Shown: piece after piece, positions 28,467 through 38,261 of the stretch
How positions within the stretch are numbered: position 1 is the stretch's first letter
Layout: each line of letters starts with the position of its first letter
IMG/VR virus record: IMGVR_UViG_3300044294_000190
Location: 9,596-73,595 of that record
DNA from: a virus
Direction: 5' to 3' (one strand)
DNA: 64,000 nt
Notes under the pieces: generated by a model
Database searches by the model: none
What the model was told of the DNA's origin: nothing
The model's input: only the letters and a program-made list of their open reading frames with translations
Position numbers and translations under genes: made by a program

Positions 28467-29546
28467 TCAGGCAATTGCACCGCCCTTGGTGTTGATAACG
28501 ACACGAGACTCGGCGGTAATCATGCCGAAGCCCCAAATCGCGTACCAAGCCAAACCGTGCTCACGACCAAAGTCAATGACACCACCGTCACGGAGTTCAA
28601 CCGGGAGGGCAATGGCGTGACCGAAGGCGTTGTCACCAATCATCAGAGCGCTGTACGACGCGGCAGCAGGCGGTTGCGTACCAGCCGAGCCGCTGTCGAT
28701 GTCAGCCGGGCCCTGGCCTTGCTTGACTTGCGTCGTCTCAATGAAGACAACGTCGTACAGGCGGCCAATTTCACCGAGCATGAAGTTGCCCGGGGCAGCG
28801 TACTTGGTGACTTCAATGAATTCCGGCCAGTCACGGAGCGCACGACTCTGCGACGGATGGACGAAGCACACGTAGGTGTCGCCCAGACGCGGAATGTTCT
28901 GACCAGCCAAGATTTCAACTGCGTCCTTGACGGTTGCAGGAGAGAGATAGCCCGGGCTTGCCGCAGTGCCAACAGTGCCTGCATCGTATGGCGAGATCGT
29001 TGTACGAGCACCTTCCGCAACGTTGCGACCAAACACAACTGACGGAGGAACCGCAGCGCCACCAGCAAACGGAACTGCGCTCTGGTACAGCGTGTTGCGA
29101 GCTTGAATGTCCATGGACTGCGCCATGTGACGACCCAGCAGGCGCGAGGCCGAGGCCATCACGTCATCGAACGCCGCGTTCAAGAGCAGTTCAGTGACTG
29201 CAATGGCTTGACCGTGTTCCGAAACGGTGATCTGGATTTGCGAAGCCGAAAGAGCAACCGGCTCAAGACGAACACCCTCAGTGAGTGTTGCGCCGGTGCT
29301 TTCGTTCACGCCAAGATTCGTGTAACGCATAAAGTTAACCGTGAGACCCGGCATGACACCAAGCTCTGTCTTCTTCACTGCGAATTGCTCAAAGCGCAAA
29401 ACGGGCATCGCCTGGAACAAAATTTCCTTGCTCCAAATTTGCTGGATTGCGGGTGAAAGCGTTGCATCAGACGAGTAACCCGTTGTCGTTACCGACGTAA
29501 GTCCCGCGCCTGTGATTGCTCCACCTTGTGGGGCTGGAAGTGCCAT
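28467..29546 (-). CDS. Major capsid protein (N4-gp56-like, HK97 fold)
   Basis: LTEGV, ITVSEHG, YVCFVHP, GEIGRLYDVVFIET, DFGR; strongly biased codon usage. Confidence 0.92.
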   Translation of the reverse strand: MALPAPQGGAITGAGLTSVTTTGYSSDATLSPAIQQIWSKEILFQAMPVLRFEQFAVKKTELGVMPGLTVNFMRYTNLGVNESTGATLTEGVRLEPVALSASQIQITVSEHGQAIAVTELLLNAAFDDVMASASRLLGRHMAQSMDIQARNTLYQSAVPFAGGAAVPPSVVFGRNVAEGARTTISPYDAGTVGTAASPGYLSPATVKDAVEILAGQNIPRLGDTYVCFVHPSQSRALRDWPEFIEVTKYAAPGNFMLGEIGRLYDVVFIETTQVKQGQGPADIDSGSAGTQPPAAASYSALMIGDNAFGHAIALPVELRDGGVIDFGREHGLAWYAIWGFGMITAESRVVINTKGGAIA

Positions 29547-29579
29547 GTTAGATTCCTCCGAAAGTTAATGGATGTTTTA

Positions 29580-30368
29580 TTAAAACCGACCTTTTGAGGA
29601 TCGAGAGTTAAGTAACCTGTCTCTCATTTTAACATACTGATCCATCGACATGTTACGGATGTCTTCCGCAGTCAACGTTTGGTATTCCGCTTGGGTTTCC
29701 ATAGGTCCAACCGGCGGGGCCGTAACCGGCGCACCTTTCACAGTGCGCGGAGTGGTCGCCTGTTGAACACTAGCAAGTATAGCAGCGCTTCGCTGCTTGA
29801 GGATTTCTACTGATGTTTCAATCTCTTCAGGAGACCCACCAGCAATAAGGTCAATAAGTTCCGGAATGATTGTTTCCTGTTCCTCGTGCATGCGGCGCTG
29901 ACGGTAGGTCTCAAGTTCACGCAACAAACGTTCCTTTTCCAACAATGCCTGTTGCGCCTGGCGCTCCCGCTCAATTTGAGCAAAACGGTTCTGCCACTCA
30001 GCGTCGATGTTCTGGATCTTGGCGTTAAACTCGTCCTCTTTTTTGGACAGAAGCTCTTTGGCGCTTAGTTCCTCAAACTCTCGCTTGCGGCGCTCCTCTT
30101 CTTCTTTTCGTGCCGTTTCCTGAGCCTGTTTAATGGCGTCCTCACGATCACGAGCAAGAATAGCAAGTTGTTCTTCAAGAACCTTGGTTCGACTATCGGC
30201 TTCTTCAAGACGCTTGTACAGTTTGTCTTTTTCTTGCTTACGAATCAGCTCAACGTCTTCTTCAGAAAAGACGCGTTGCTTCTTTCCAGCGACCTCGGCG
30301 GCCTCTGCATGGAATGTTTCTGTCGCCTCTGCTGGGACGACAATTTCATCTGTTTCTCGCTTGCTCAT
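29580..30368 (-). CDS. Capsid scaffolding protein
   Basis: Long coiled coil, Pro-rich linker, C-terminal DIRNMSMDQYVKMR; between portal and capsid. Confidence 0.85.
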   Translation of the reverse strand: MSKRETDEIVVPAEATETFHAEAAEVAGKKQRVFSEEDVELIRKQEKDKLYKRLEEADSRTKVLEEQLAILARDREDAIKQAQETARKEEEERRKREFEELSAKELLSKKEDEFNAKIQNIDAEWQNRFAQIERERQAQQALLEKERLLRELETYRQRRMHEEQETIIPELIDLIAGGSPEEIETSVEILKQRSAAILASVQQATTPRTVKGAPVTAPPVGPMETQAEYQTLTAEDIRNMSMDQYVKMRDRLLNSRSSKGRF

Positions 30369-30419
30369 AATTTCTCCTATGTGTTGTTAAGCGATTACTA
30401 ACTGATATTAAATTACTTT

Positions 30420-32111
30420 TTATTTATCTTCATCAGGTACACGACGTTGGGCGAACCTTGCGCCGTATGCCCTGCTAGTTATTTTGTTCATCAAATCCAG
30501 TTCAATGGGGTTTACCCCAGTCCCTGGCAGTACACCCCCACCTTGGGGATTTCCTGCAGTATTAACATTAGCACCTCCAGCGGAGGTCGTTTGCATTCCA
30601 GATGCTTCAGGCAACAGGCCGGTAGCAAGCATCACTGCCTGCCCAATTTGAGCACGAACAAGATCAAGCGCACCCTGGTCAACAGCGTCATCCATAAGTT
30701 CGTCAAAAATTTCAAGCATTTTTTCATTGGGAAACTCTTCGCCAAGGGCTTTAAGAGCACCCTTTTTTGACTCTAGACCAAGAGCCATTTTTGATTGAAC
30801 CTCGTTAAGTTTAATTAAAGCATCAACAGGTAGAGGATCCGGCCAGTGGATAGTGGTTTTGTACGTGTTGGGGTCAGCCGGATCAAGTTGCGGAAGTTGA
30901 TCGGCCTCTGGTTCTGCCGACTGTGTGGGATCGTAAAGCAACAATTGTGGTTCAAAGATTGCCGCAGTACGAATTACAATTTCATTCAAACGTTCGAGGC
31001 CTTGAGTAAAGTGGGTTTTTTTCATTTGGTAACGATTCATCAATGGCTGATACTGAATAGCAAGAGCAACACCACTGGTGTTTGAAACTGGTTGAAATTG
31101 TCCAAGTGCTGTTTCAGGAACACCCGTAATTTCATGCATTGCTCTCTTAATCATTTGAATGTATTCAAGGGCGCCAGACATTTCCCCCCGAGATTCAAGG
31201 TTAAAAACCTGTGCATCTTTGGGTAGCCCTGCCCACACTTTTTTAGGACCACGTTCAAGTTGGCTTGCCTTTGCACCGGTGATGATGGTTACCGGGGCGG
31301 CATGGTAGTTGATGATGTCAGATACTTCCGTCATCTTTTCGTTGAGTTCACGATTCAGTTGGATGATGTCCCAAATGTCCGACTGTCCCCAAGGCGACGA
31401 CGTAATTGTTACGTTTGGAATGTGGACAACAGGAACCATTCCTAAAGCATTGGGGTACTCGTCAATGAGCTCATCATTGATGTATTGTTGAACAGAACCA
31501 TCGGTCAGTATTTCTGTAAAAGTGTAAACCTGACGAGTTCCTTCAGGAGAAGTCCCCCAAAAACGATACTTTAATTTAAAGCGGATCAAACGTTCACGGT
31601 CATGCGGGTGATATTCCGGAAAGCAGTGAGCAGGGTTGAGGGGAAGGATACGAATACGACCAGCTCGCGGCATGCCAGCAACGTCAACGTATGGTTCGTC
31701 GTAGGCAACTTTTACAAAACAATCACCAGTAACTGACGCAAGTTGGCCCATTTGCCATAGGAGGTAGTGCTTGTTATTGTGGTTGTCCCACACCTCGTGC
31801 AGTAGTCGAGGAATGATCGCTTGATTTTGTTCCGGAACTTTAAATTGCACTCCTTTACCAAAACAAAAGTTGGTAATGAAATCTGACATTGTACGAACGT
31901 AATTCATTGTTACGTTGTTGTCTCCCATTTCGCGGCGGTATGACCAGTGGTGTCCGAGATACCACGCCCACGCGGATGAGTAACGGTTTAGACGCGGGCC
32001 GTGAACTTCAAACTCTTCATCGGCAAGTTCCACCAAACCTAAAGGGCTGATGGCAACAGTCAAGTCGCTAGATGCCGCCCGGTAAGACGGTGACCAAAAG
32101 TCAATGGGCAT
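30420..32111 (-). CDS. Portal protein (SPP1 gp6-like)
   Basis: GMVPVVHIPN, WGQSDI, NTSGVAL, WPDPLP. Confidence 0.9.
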   Translation of the reverse strand: MPIDFWSPSYRAASSDLTVAISPLGLVELADEEFEVHGPRLNRYSSAWAWYLGHHWSYRREMGDNNVTMNYVRTMSDFITNFCFGKGVQFKVPEQNQAIIPRLLHEVWDNHNNKHYLLWQMGQLASVTGDCFVKVAYDEPYVDVAGMPRAGRIRILPLNPAHCFPEYHPHDRERLIRFKLKYRFWGTSPEGTRQVYTFTEILTDGSVQQYINDELIDEYPNALGMVPVVHIPNVTITSSPWGQSDIWDIIQLNRELNEKMTEVSDIINYHAAPVTIITGAKASQLERGPKKVWAGLPKDAQVFNLESRGEMSGALEYIQMIKRAMHEITGVPETALGQFQPVSNTSGVALAIQYQPLMNRYQMKKTHFTQGLERLNEIVIRTAAIFEPQLLLYDPTQSAEPEADQLPQLDPADPNTYKTTIHWPDPLPVDALIKLNEVQSKMALGLESKKGALKALGEEFPNEKMLEIFDELMDDAVDQGALDLVRAQIGQAVMLATGLLPEASGMQTTSAGGANVNTAGNPQGGGVLPGTGVNPIELDLMNKITSRAYGARFAQRRVPDEDK

Positions 32112-32135
32112 TAATTAACCTCGATTGAAAAAGAA

Positions 32136-32402
32136 CTACTTTTTCTTTTTTGCAGGGACTTTTGTAGGTGTTGCGCTCTTCTTTTTGTCCTGCTCAACAG
32201 CGGCAACCGCCAATTTGACAAGCAACGCCGTGTTTTTATCACCAATCTTAGTGGACAGCCACGAAAGGCCCGCCGCAACTGCCGGGATGGCAAGTGCAAC
32301 AACTTCAGTAGACACGTTTGCTTTGACAGCAACGTAAGTTAAAACGCCAAGAACAGAGCCCTTAATAACAGCGTCTTGGTGAAACTTTTGTAAATTGTTC
32401 AT
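32136..32402 (-). CDS. Small membrane protein
   Basis: Two hydrophobic segments, Lys-rich tail. Confidence 0.6.
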   Translation of the reverse strand: MNNLQKFHQDAVIKGSVLGVLTYVAVKANVSTEVVALAIPAVAAGLSWLSTKIGDKNTALLVKLAVAAVEQDKKKSATPTKVPAKKKK

Positions 32403-32425
32403 ATGATCTCCTAATGTTTCTTAAA

Positions 32426-33061
32426 TTATACAGGTTTGGTGGGTTTTTTGGAAATGTCTGATTCTTGTACGTATGTGTGGTATGGAGCACCAGTATACGG
32501 ATCAAATTTAGCAGCTGCCGCCAACGCCTTAATTGCATGTTTCTTTGCGGTTCCAAGAGATGTTTTTGTCTTTGTTTGCAATGCATGCAGTGCCCCCATT
32601 GCGTATTGGGCTCCCGTTCCCAGGGCGTAAACACCGTTTAAATCGGAATACCACGAGTAATTGCCTTCAATAGTGTAGAGCGTCCCATTGACAGCAACGA
32701 TGATTGACGAGCCGTGTTCAGCAATGTGTTCTTTTTCGTCGTTGTCTGGGGCGGCATAACCTTGAAGCTCAAAGCACTCCCTCAACGCCGGAATAAATTT
32801 AGTTGTAATGAATTGATCAAGTTTTCGACCACGCGTCTTTGGCGGAGGTGCTGGAGGTTGAAAAGCATGGTGGAGCAAGTTAATAGCTCTTACGTCACCG
32901 GCGGCCCCCAATAAATATTTACCATTAAACGCAACTTTTCCTGCGTTTTCTTTTAGTGTTACTAATTGAGTGGCATACCCCTCCTCAACAAAATCAGTAA
33001 CTTGAGAATCGGTACAGATGAGCGCAAACCCATCTCCTTGAATGCCAATAATAGTTGTCAT
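32426..33061 (-). CDS. Ntn-hydrolase protease (proteasome beta / HslV-like)
   Basis: N-terminal MTTIIG, DSQ, K, GAAG, ALGTGAQYAMGAL, DPYTG. Confidence 0.85.
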   Translation of the reverse strand: MTTIIGIQGDGFALICTDSQVTDFVEEGYATQLVTLKENAGKVAFNGKYLLGAAGDVRAINLLHHAFQPPAPPPKTRGRKLDQFITTKFIPALRECFELQGYAAPDNDEKEHIAEHGSSIIVAVNGTLYTIEGNYSWYSDLNGVYALGTGAQYAMGALHALQTKTKTSLGTAKKHAIKALAAAAKFDPYTGAPYHTYVQESDISKKPTKPV

Positions 33062-34233
33062 TTTTTATTTTTTGTCTCAATTGTTTTTGCAAAAAGTTCC
33101 GTGTTTTCATATATAGCCCAACCACTATAAATTGGAATTACTTCGTATTTAAATCGGTGTTCTCCGTTTGTTTCGTAAGTAACCACACTAAAACCTTGTT
33201 GCCAATTTTCATAACGTGTAAGCGGCCTTCCATCAAGATCCACACCACCTCTTGTAGACGGTACAGCACCATCAATCCGAGCAAGACAACCTGGAGACGC
33301 AGCCATGATAGTGCGAGGTCCAGAAAAATCTTCACGAGTTTTAAACGCAGTTTCAATTCGATGAATGTGACCATAAATCACGCTCGTTTTTTCATTGTTA
33401 AGGTAAACGTGGGCAGTTGAACCGGATGATTTAACACGATCTCCGTGAATAACGCGAAGTTTTTCGTTAATCCAATAATCTGATGCCGGATATCCAGGCC
33501 GGTATTCAACACCATATTCCTCCATCCTGCACAAATACGGAATAGTAAGTACAGGCCACGAGTCAGGGATATTTCCTTTTCGCAACCCATACGCTGCTGC
33601 CGCATTTGTCAGTAAATATTTTGGCATTCGTTCCTCGTGATTGCCTGCAAGCCAAATGATTTTGGCTTTTGGAGCAGCTGCCCGCATTTGTGCGCAGAAT
33701 GTAGTAGCGCGGTCAATAGCCGCTTGGGTAGTTTGTTGATAAGCAGGAGTGGTCAAATACTTGCCCATTTCAGGCAAATCTAAGTTATCTCCTACGCACA
33801 CAATAGTTTCTGGCTGAATCATTGTAATAGCTTCCATTACCACCGCAATAGCTTTTTCGTCGTGAGTTTCGTACAACACGCCGTCTCTGCCGCGATAGTA
33901 ACCAATTTGTGCGTCTGGAACAATTACGTCTTTTTTAAATGTCCCACGTGTTTTTGTAATTCCTTTTTTCTTTTCAATAATTTGAACGGGACCACGTTGG
34001 ATTACCGGCCACTCAGGTCCCTGCTCCCATTTAGGAGAAAATTGAATTGCCGCAAGGTCCTGTACTTCTGCTTCATTTTGATCGTTTTTAAACATTTGTT
34101 GATACAAAGAAACTTGTTTAATATCACCAATGTCTTCAAGCGAAATGTTTTTTCGTTCAAGCAGCTCAGCAATTTTTCCAAGCAGTTTTTCTTTTTGTTG
34201 CGTTTTTAAAACGTCATTCACTATGTTCGACAC
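33058..34233 (-). CDS. Calcineurin-like metallophosphoesterase
   Basis: PDAQ, GDNLD, GNHE, HGD, GHIHR. Confidence 0.9.
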   Translation of the reverse strand: MSNIVNDVLKTQQKEKLLGKIAELLERKNISLEDIGDIKQVSLYQQMFKNDQNEAEVQDLAAIQFSPKWEQGPEWPVIQRGPVQIIEKKKGITKTRGTFKKDVIVPDAQIGYYRGRDGVLYETHDEKAIAVVMEAITMIQPETIVCVGDNLDLPEMGKYLTTPAYQQTTQAAIDRATTFCAQMRAAAPKAKIIWLAGNHEERMPKYLLTNAAAAYGLRKGNIPDSWPVLTIPYLCRMEEYGVEYRPGYPASDYWINEKLRVIHGDRVKSSGSTAHVYLNNEKTSVIYGHIHRIETAFKTREDFSGPRTIMAASPGCLARIDGAVPSTRGGVDLDGRPLTRYENWQQGFSVVTYETNGEHRFKYEVIPIYSGWAIYENTELFAKTIETKNKK

Positions 34234-34498
34234 AAGAGCACTCCTTGTTTACGTGACGTTGAATTGCTGAAACACTAATGTTTAATTTATTTTTTCGCAT
34301 GATTCGAGCCAACCACACGGTACTGTACGTTTTACCGTGACCACTTCCAGTGTCTTTTCTAATCAATGAAATTGCGTCGTAAAGAGCTTTTTGCTCAGAT
34401 TCGTCCTTCAACGAATTCAGAATTTTTATAAACTTACACTCTCGGTTCAATACCTTTGGTGCGGCTTGTAAATCAGAAATTAAAGAGCTTTTAGACAT
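34214..34498 (-). CDS. Small putative HTH/Zn protein
   Basis: LARIMRKNKLNISVSAIQRHVNKECSC. Confidence 0.6.
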   Translation of the reverse strand: MSKSSLISDLQAAPKVLNRECKFIKILNSLKDESEQKALYDAISLIRKDTGSGHGKTYSTVWLARIMRKNKLNISVSAIQRHVNKECSCVEHSE

Positions 34499-34637
34499 GG
34501 CTCTTCTTCTTTTTGCGGCGATCTACCAGTTCTTTGTCAAGTCGACCAAGAAGAGAAAATAGCAATTCTTCTTCAATTGATCCTGGATAAACTTTGCGGA
34601 GGAAATAGATGATAAGTTTGAGGTCGTCGGTGCTCAC
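34491..34637 (-). CDS. 48-aa hypothetical protein (not in the ORF track)
   Basis: GTG start 7 nt after TAGAGT; MSTDDLKLIIYFLRKVYPG... Confidence 0.5.
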   Translation of the reverse strand: MSTDDLKLIIYFLRKVYPGSIEEELLFSLLGRLDKELVDRRKKKKSHV

Positions 34638-34656
34638 GTAATCAACTCTACCCTAT

Positions 34657-35229
34657 TTAAGGTAGAATGTCAACTATGGGAGCAACATTGTTCTTTTGCA
34701 TGTATTCCACAACCGCTGGGGGCGGGGTCGAGCCCCTTACGTAGCGCAAGTGCCACGGCTCTTCTGGAACAACTTCCCAGCTAAATCCAAACGTGGAAAC
34801 GTTATCAATAAGCCACTTTAAACGCTTGGGTTCGGCGGCAGTATGCACGTCAACAGCAATACCAAGATTATGTTGAGATGTTCCAGGCGCGGCAAGGCTG
34901 GCAAGTTTGGGGTCTTTTTTATACCATTTGACACCGTTAAACATTCGCGTTGCATTGCCGTTTGGTTTTTTTGTGTAGCGTTGTTTAAACGCCGCAAGTT
35001 GAGCATCATACGTGCGATAGGTATCGCCAGCCGAAACGGGCTTCAGTTCAACACCATCAGCCTTTGCTTTTTCGACCATCGCCGCCCACGCAGCAGCCGC
35101 AATCCAATGCAATTTGCCACCACCAACGGCTGGGCGCAACAGCGAATCGGGAAGTCTGCCCGGCTCAACACCCTTTAGATCATCGGGAAGTTTTACAGGA
35201 ACAACGTAGTCCCAAGCAACCTTAGACAT
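34657..35229 (-). CDS. Endolysin, M15 (VanY-like) D,D-peptidase
   Basis: YRTYDAQ, AAPGTSQHNLGIAVD, EPWH. Confidence 0.88.
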   Translation of the reverse strand: MSKVAWDYVVPVKLPDDLKGVEPGRLPDSLLRPAVGGGKLHWIAAAAWAAMVEKAKADGVELKPVSAGDTYRTYDAQLAAFKQRYTKKPNGNATRMFNGVKWYKKDPKLASLAAPGTSQHNLGIAVDVHTAAEPKRLKWLIDNVSTFGFSWEVVPEEPWHLRYVRGSTPPPAVVEYMQKNNVAPIVDILP

Positions 35230-35503
35230 TGTTATCCTCAGTAGTAGTGCTTTCTTCATCTTCTCGATTGCGGCCAGTAGAAATCATCAAACCAGCAAGA
35301 GTGCCGGTAATAAAGGTAGCAATTGACGACAAAACGCTAAAAAACATTTTATCATTTTCTGATTGAACCCCAATTGGTTGAGCTACAAACACCAATGCAT
35401 ACAAAACCCCTGTGGTAGTAATTAACAACACCCCAGCCAATACACAACCTACGATAAACTTAAGTCGTGCGTCAAGGTCTTCTGAGGTAAGCTTATCTTT
35501 CAT
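35222..35503 (-). CDS. Two-TM membrane protein (lysis cassette)
   Basis: Two TM helices; acidic C-terminus. Confidence 0.65.
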   Translation of the reverse strand: MKDKLTSEDLDARLKFIVGCVLAGVLLITTTGVLYALVFVAQPIGVQSENDKMFFSVLSSIATFITGTLAGLMISTGRNREDEESTTTEDNNV

Positions 35504-35688
35504 TCTTCTGTCTCCTGTTCCCAATCAAAATCAATGAGGTCTTTTGAACATGCGCCATCTACCTTGCAATAAGGAGGGTTACAAGCCTCTTCTTCCCATT
35601 TCTCAGGATCTTGGCATTCGTATCTATAGTGGCCGTCATATCCGCATCCAGCAAGAAACAGCAGTAAAACGACAACGACATTTTTCAT
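35500..35688 (-). CDS. Small Cys-rich lipoprotein
   Basis: Signal peptide with LAGC lipobox; four further Cys. Confidence 0.7.
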   Translation of the reverse strand: MKNVVVVLLLFLAGCGYDGHYRYECQDPEKWEEEACNPPYCKVDGACSKDLIDFDWEQETEE

Positions 35689-35939
35689 TAAACCTCTTCT
35701 TTTGGAGCTTTTTTGTCCACCTTTGCAAAAACAGCATTAATTTCATCCGTGTCAAGTTTTCCGTCATCAAGAAATTCTCGAGCCAAACCTTCGGCCACCG
35801 TGGCTACACCAGCAATTCCCGCCATAAACACGGCTTTCCAAACAGGAACTCCGGCAATAGTTCCAGCGCCAATAATCCCAAGGCCGCTTGCGGCAAATGT
35901 CGCAAGCATACGAAGAAGAATATTTTTTAAAACTGACAT
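35688..35939 (-). CDS. Holin-like membrane protein
   Basis: Two TM segments followed by DDGKLDTDEIN. Confidence 0.6.
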   Translation of the reverse strand: MSVLKNILLRMLATFAASGLGIIGAGTIAGVPVWKAVFMAGIAGVATVAEGLAREFLDDGKLDTDEINAVFAKVDKKAPKEEV

Positions 35940-35942
35940 AAC

Positions 35943-36158
35943 TTACTTTTTCGTAACATGCCACTCAATGTGGTCATTTAGTCGAGTGCCTACTTTGTCA
36001 ACGCTTCTCTTAACATTTTTTATTTCATTCATTACAACGTCATGGTCAACTTTGTTTTCATGTCTAAAATCAATCACAAACTTAATGAGATAACCAATAC
36101 CTGCACCAAACAATGGAATGGTTGTGCTTACTATTGCAATCCAAATCGCCTCATTCAT
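35943..36158 (-). CDS. TM + coiled-coil protein (lysis cassette)
   Basis: N-terminal TM; RLNDHIEWH. Confidence 0.6.
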   Translation of the reverse strand: MNEAIWIAIVSTTIPLFGAGIGYLIKFVIDFRHENKVDHDVVMNEIKNVKRSVDKVGTRLNDHIEWHVTKK

Positions 36159-36160
36159 AA

Positions 36161-37309
36161 TTATGCACGTCGTCCCTTTTTACGAATGTTTATTGGAACA
36201 GCATTGGAGTATTTAGTGGGAATACCTTCCGCAGATCCAATTGAAGCATCTGGGTTAAGTGGTCGAATAAAACTACTTGGGCCAGCTTTATATCCAGACC
36301 GTCTAAACCCAGGGGTAATCTTGTGACGAAGCAACCCAACTTTTCCACCATGACCCATATACTCGTCTAAGAAACGTACATCATGGGTATCCGAATCGTA
36401 AGTAGAAAAAGTTTGGCGGTTACCATGGCGGTCAACCATGTCCCATTGTTTTGGCTTTTTCTGACCATCTTTTGCCCATACAACAGCCTGTGCTGTTTTA
36501 CCCGCGTCAACTCGTTGACGCACGCGTTCAACAGGGGTCTGTTCGCTAATACTTCCAGTTAGCCTGTAGTTAGCAGGAACATCGTAGTCAAACTCGCGCT
36601 CACCGGGGCGCAACACTCTGTTCATTGTTTGTTTTGTGTAGTTTGAATGCGTAAGATACGGGTAAGCTTTAGCCAATCCAATGGCTTCATTGTCACGAGA
36701 ACCTTTTATATTAAAGTCGTGAATCCACGGACCAGCCATTGTTGTTTGATGCCACGGAACATCAGACCACATGTTTCCTCGCAAAACAGGAATCATTCCA
36801 GAAGATCGCGCTAATCTAGCACCTTTGCGAGATTCCATAATTGCCAACGCTCCGGCATATTGTGGATTCTCTGCCCAATATGCAGAACGAATCTTTTGCG
36901 CTTGGATTACGGCGTTGTTTTCTGGTGACCCTATGCCAGCATGGCCGCTTTCGGCGTTGCATAACGTTGTGCACTCTGGTGTCCTACAACCAGAGCAGGA
37001 GTCAAAAATTCCACTAGTATCTGCATGAGCAAGAGACATTCCCATTTGATGCGTGGCCCTAACTCGAGGGTCTGGGTGCTCTAAATTTTTTAGAATTTTT
37101 GTATTTTGCCAAGCTCTTCTTCTTGGTCCCGGACCTTGAGAACCACTAATCATCTGCAATCCAGCGCCACCACGAGAAGTCTGTGAGCTCTTAAACAAAT
37201 CCCAATCGTTTTGAACTTTACGTTGCCCTTCAAAAGTAGAAAGAAGTGCTCGGTATTCAGATTCACTTACAGAGTTGACAATGTCCGTCAACGGTTTCTT
37301 ACGTGCCAT
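36161..37309 (-). CDS. Gp88-like Cys-cluster protein
   Basis: C..C...C...C..ESG, LRGNMWSD, NYTK, NYRLTGSISE, DTHDVRFLD. Confidence 0.6.
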   Translation of the reverse strand: MARKKPLTDIVNSVSESEYRALLSTFEGQRKVQNDWDLFKSSQTSRGGAGLQMISGSQGPGPRRRAWQNTKILKNLEHPDPRVRATHQMGMSLAHADTSGIFDSCSGCRTPECTTLCNAESGHAGIGSPENNAVIQAQKIRSAYWAENPQYAGALAIMESRKGARLARSSGMIPVLRGNMWSDVPWHQTTMAGPWIHDFNIKGSRDNEAIGLAKAYPYLTHSNYTKQTMNRVLRPGEREFDYDVPANYRLTGSISEQTPVERVRQRVDAGKTAQAVVWAKDGQKKPKQWDMVDRHGNRQTFSTYDSDTHDVRFLDEYMGHGGKVGLLRHKITPGFRRSGYKAGPSSFIRPLNPDASIGSAEGIPTKYSNAVPINIRKKGRRA

Positions 37310-37311
37310 AT

Positions 37312-37851
37312 TTATTCTCCTATTGGGTAGTCGTATTTATCTTTTTTACCTTCCGACACATGCATAGAACGACGACGAAGATCGTCTTCCTGCAACAGTC
37401 GGCCAACTTCTTCAGGTTTTGCCACGCTGGATTTCTTTTGATCAAGTATTGGTTTTTGAGGACCAAAAGTATCTATTGGATTTTGAAATTGCACTGAAGA
37501 TATGATTTGATTATCATTACCATCTCCGGCAAGGTTTTTTTGCACAGAATACCCGGTTGGCTGATATGTATTTACCCCAAGTACGTTTTTAAGGAATGTA
37601 GTCAAAACAAAAGGATGTCGACGTTCCCGAACCTTGGGCGGCGGGGCAACTTGAAAAACTGCGTTAAATGCATTAATGCGGCTTTGATACATCCCAGGAC
37701 TGTAGACACCCGGGGTGTAATAACCTTGCGGGGATAAACCGTAGCGCTGGGCAATACCCGACTGCAGGTCTTCCGTGTCTGTCAGCCGATCAGTTGGCTC
37801 ATCAGCCTCGCTGACACCAATGTCGGCGCCAGTGTCTGCGCCGCCTTCCAT
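37312..37851 (-). CDS. Hypothetical protein
   Basis: Coupled ORF in the head operon. Confidence 0.6.
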   Translation of the reverse strand: MEGGADTGADIGVSEADEPTDRLTDTEDLQSGIAQRYGLSPQGYYTPGVYSPGMYQSRINAFNAVFQVAPPPKVRERRHPFVLTTFLKNVLGVNTYQPTGYSVQKNLAGDGNDNQIISSVQFQNPIDTFGPQKPILDQKKSSVAKPEEVGRLLQEDDLRRRSMHVSEGKKDKYDYPIGE

Positions 37852-37853
37852 AG

Positions 37854-38261
37854 CTAGTCAGAAACAACCGTGGGGTTCGGGCGGTTCATGTGGCCGCCAT
37901 CGTTGTAAGAGTACTCCCACTGCGGCATTCCATCGCCAGCCATTGCTCCCTCAACAAACTCGCTAAGCACTGACGGCGCTTCAATCCAGGAAGCTGAACC
38001 TACGTGTGCTCGCTCGCGCATGGTGTCTGCGGCGTGTTTGTAGAACATTTCCGCGTTGTTGTGGTTTTGACGCCTTGGTGATGGGGCAGTGTCCATGTAC
38101 GCGCCGACTGCAAAGTCATTTGGAACGTCGGTGTCGGTTGCGACACCCTCCTCAAAGCGGAGGGGACCCTTATTCATCGGGATGCTCGGGGCCATTGAGC
38201 GCTCGAAAAGAATCTCGTCTCGGCTTCGCTCAGGGAACATTGGGGCAGGTGAAACTGTCAT
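37854..38261 (-). CDS. Hypothetical protein, probably virion-associated
   Basis: Strong AAGGAG SD; GC3-biased codons like the capsid gene. Confidence 0.65.
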   Translation of the reverse strand: MTVSPAPMFPERSRDEILFERSMAPSIPMNKGPLRFEEGVATDTDVPNDFAVGAYMDTAPSPRRQNHNNAEMFYKHAADTMRERAHVGSASWIEAPSVLSEFVEGAMAGDGMPQWEYSYNDGGHMNRPNPTVVSD

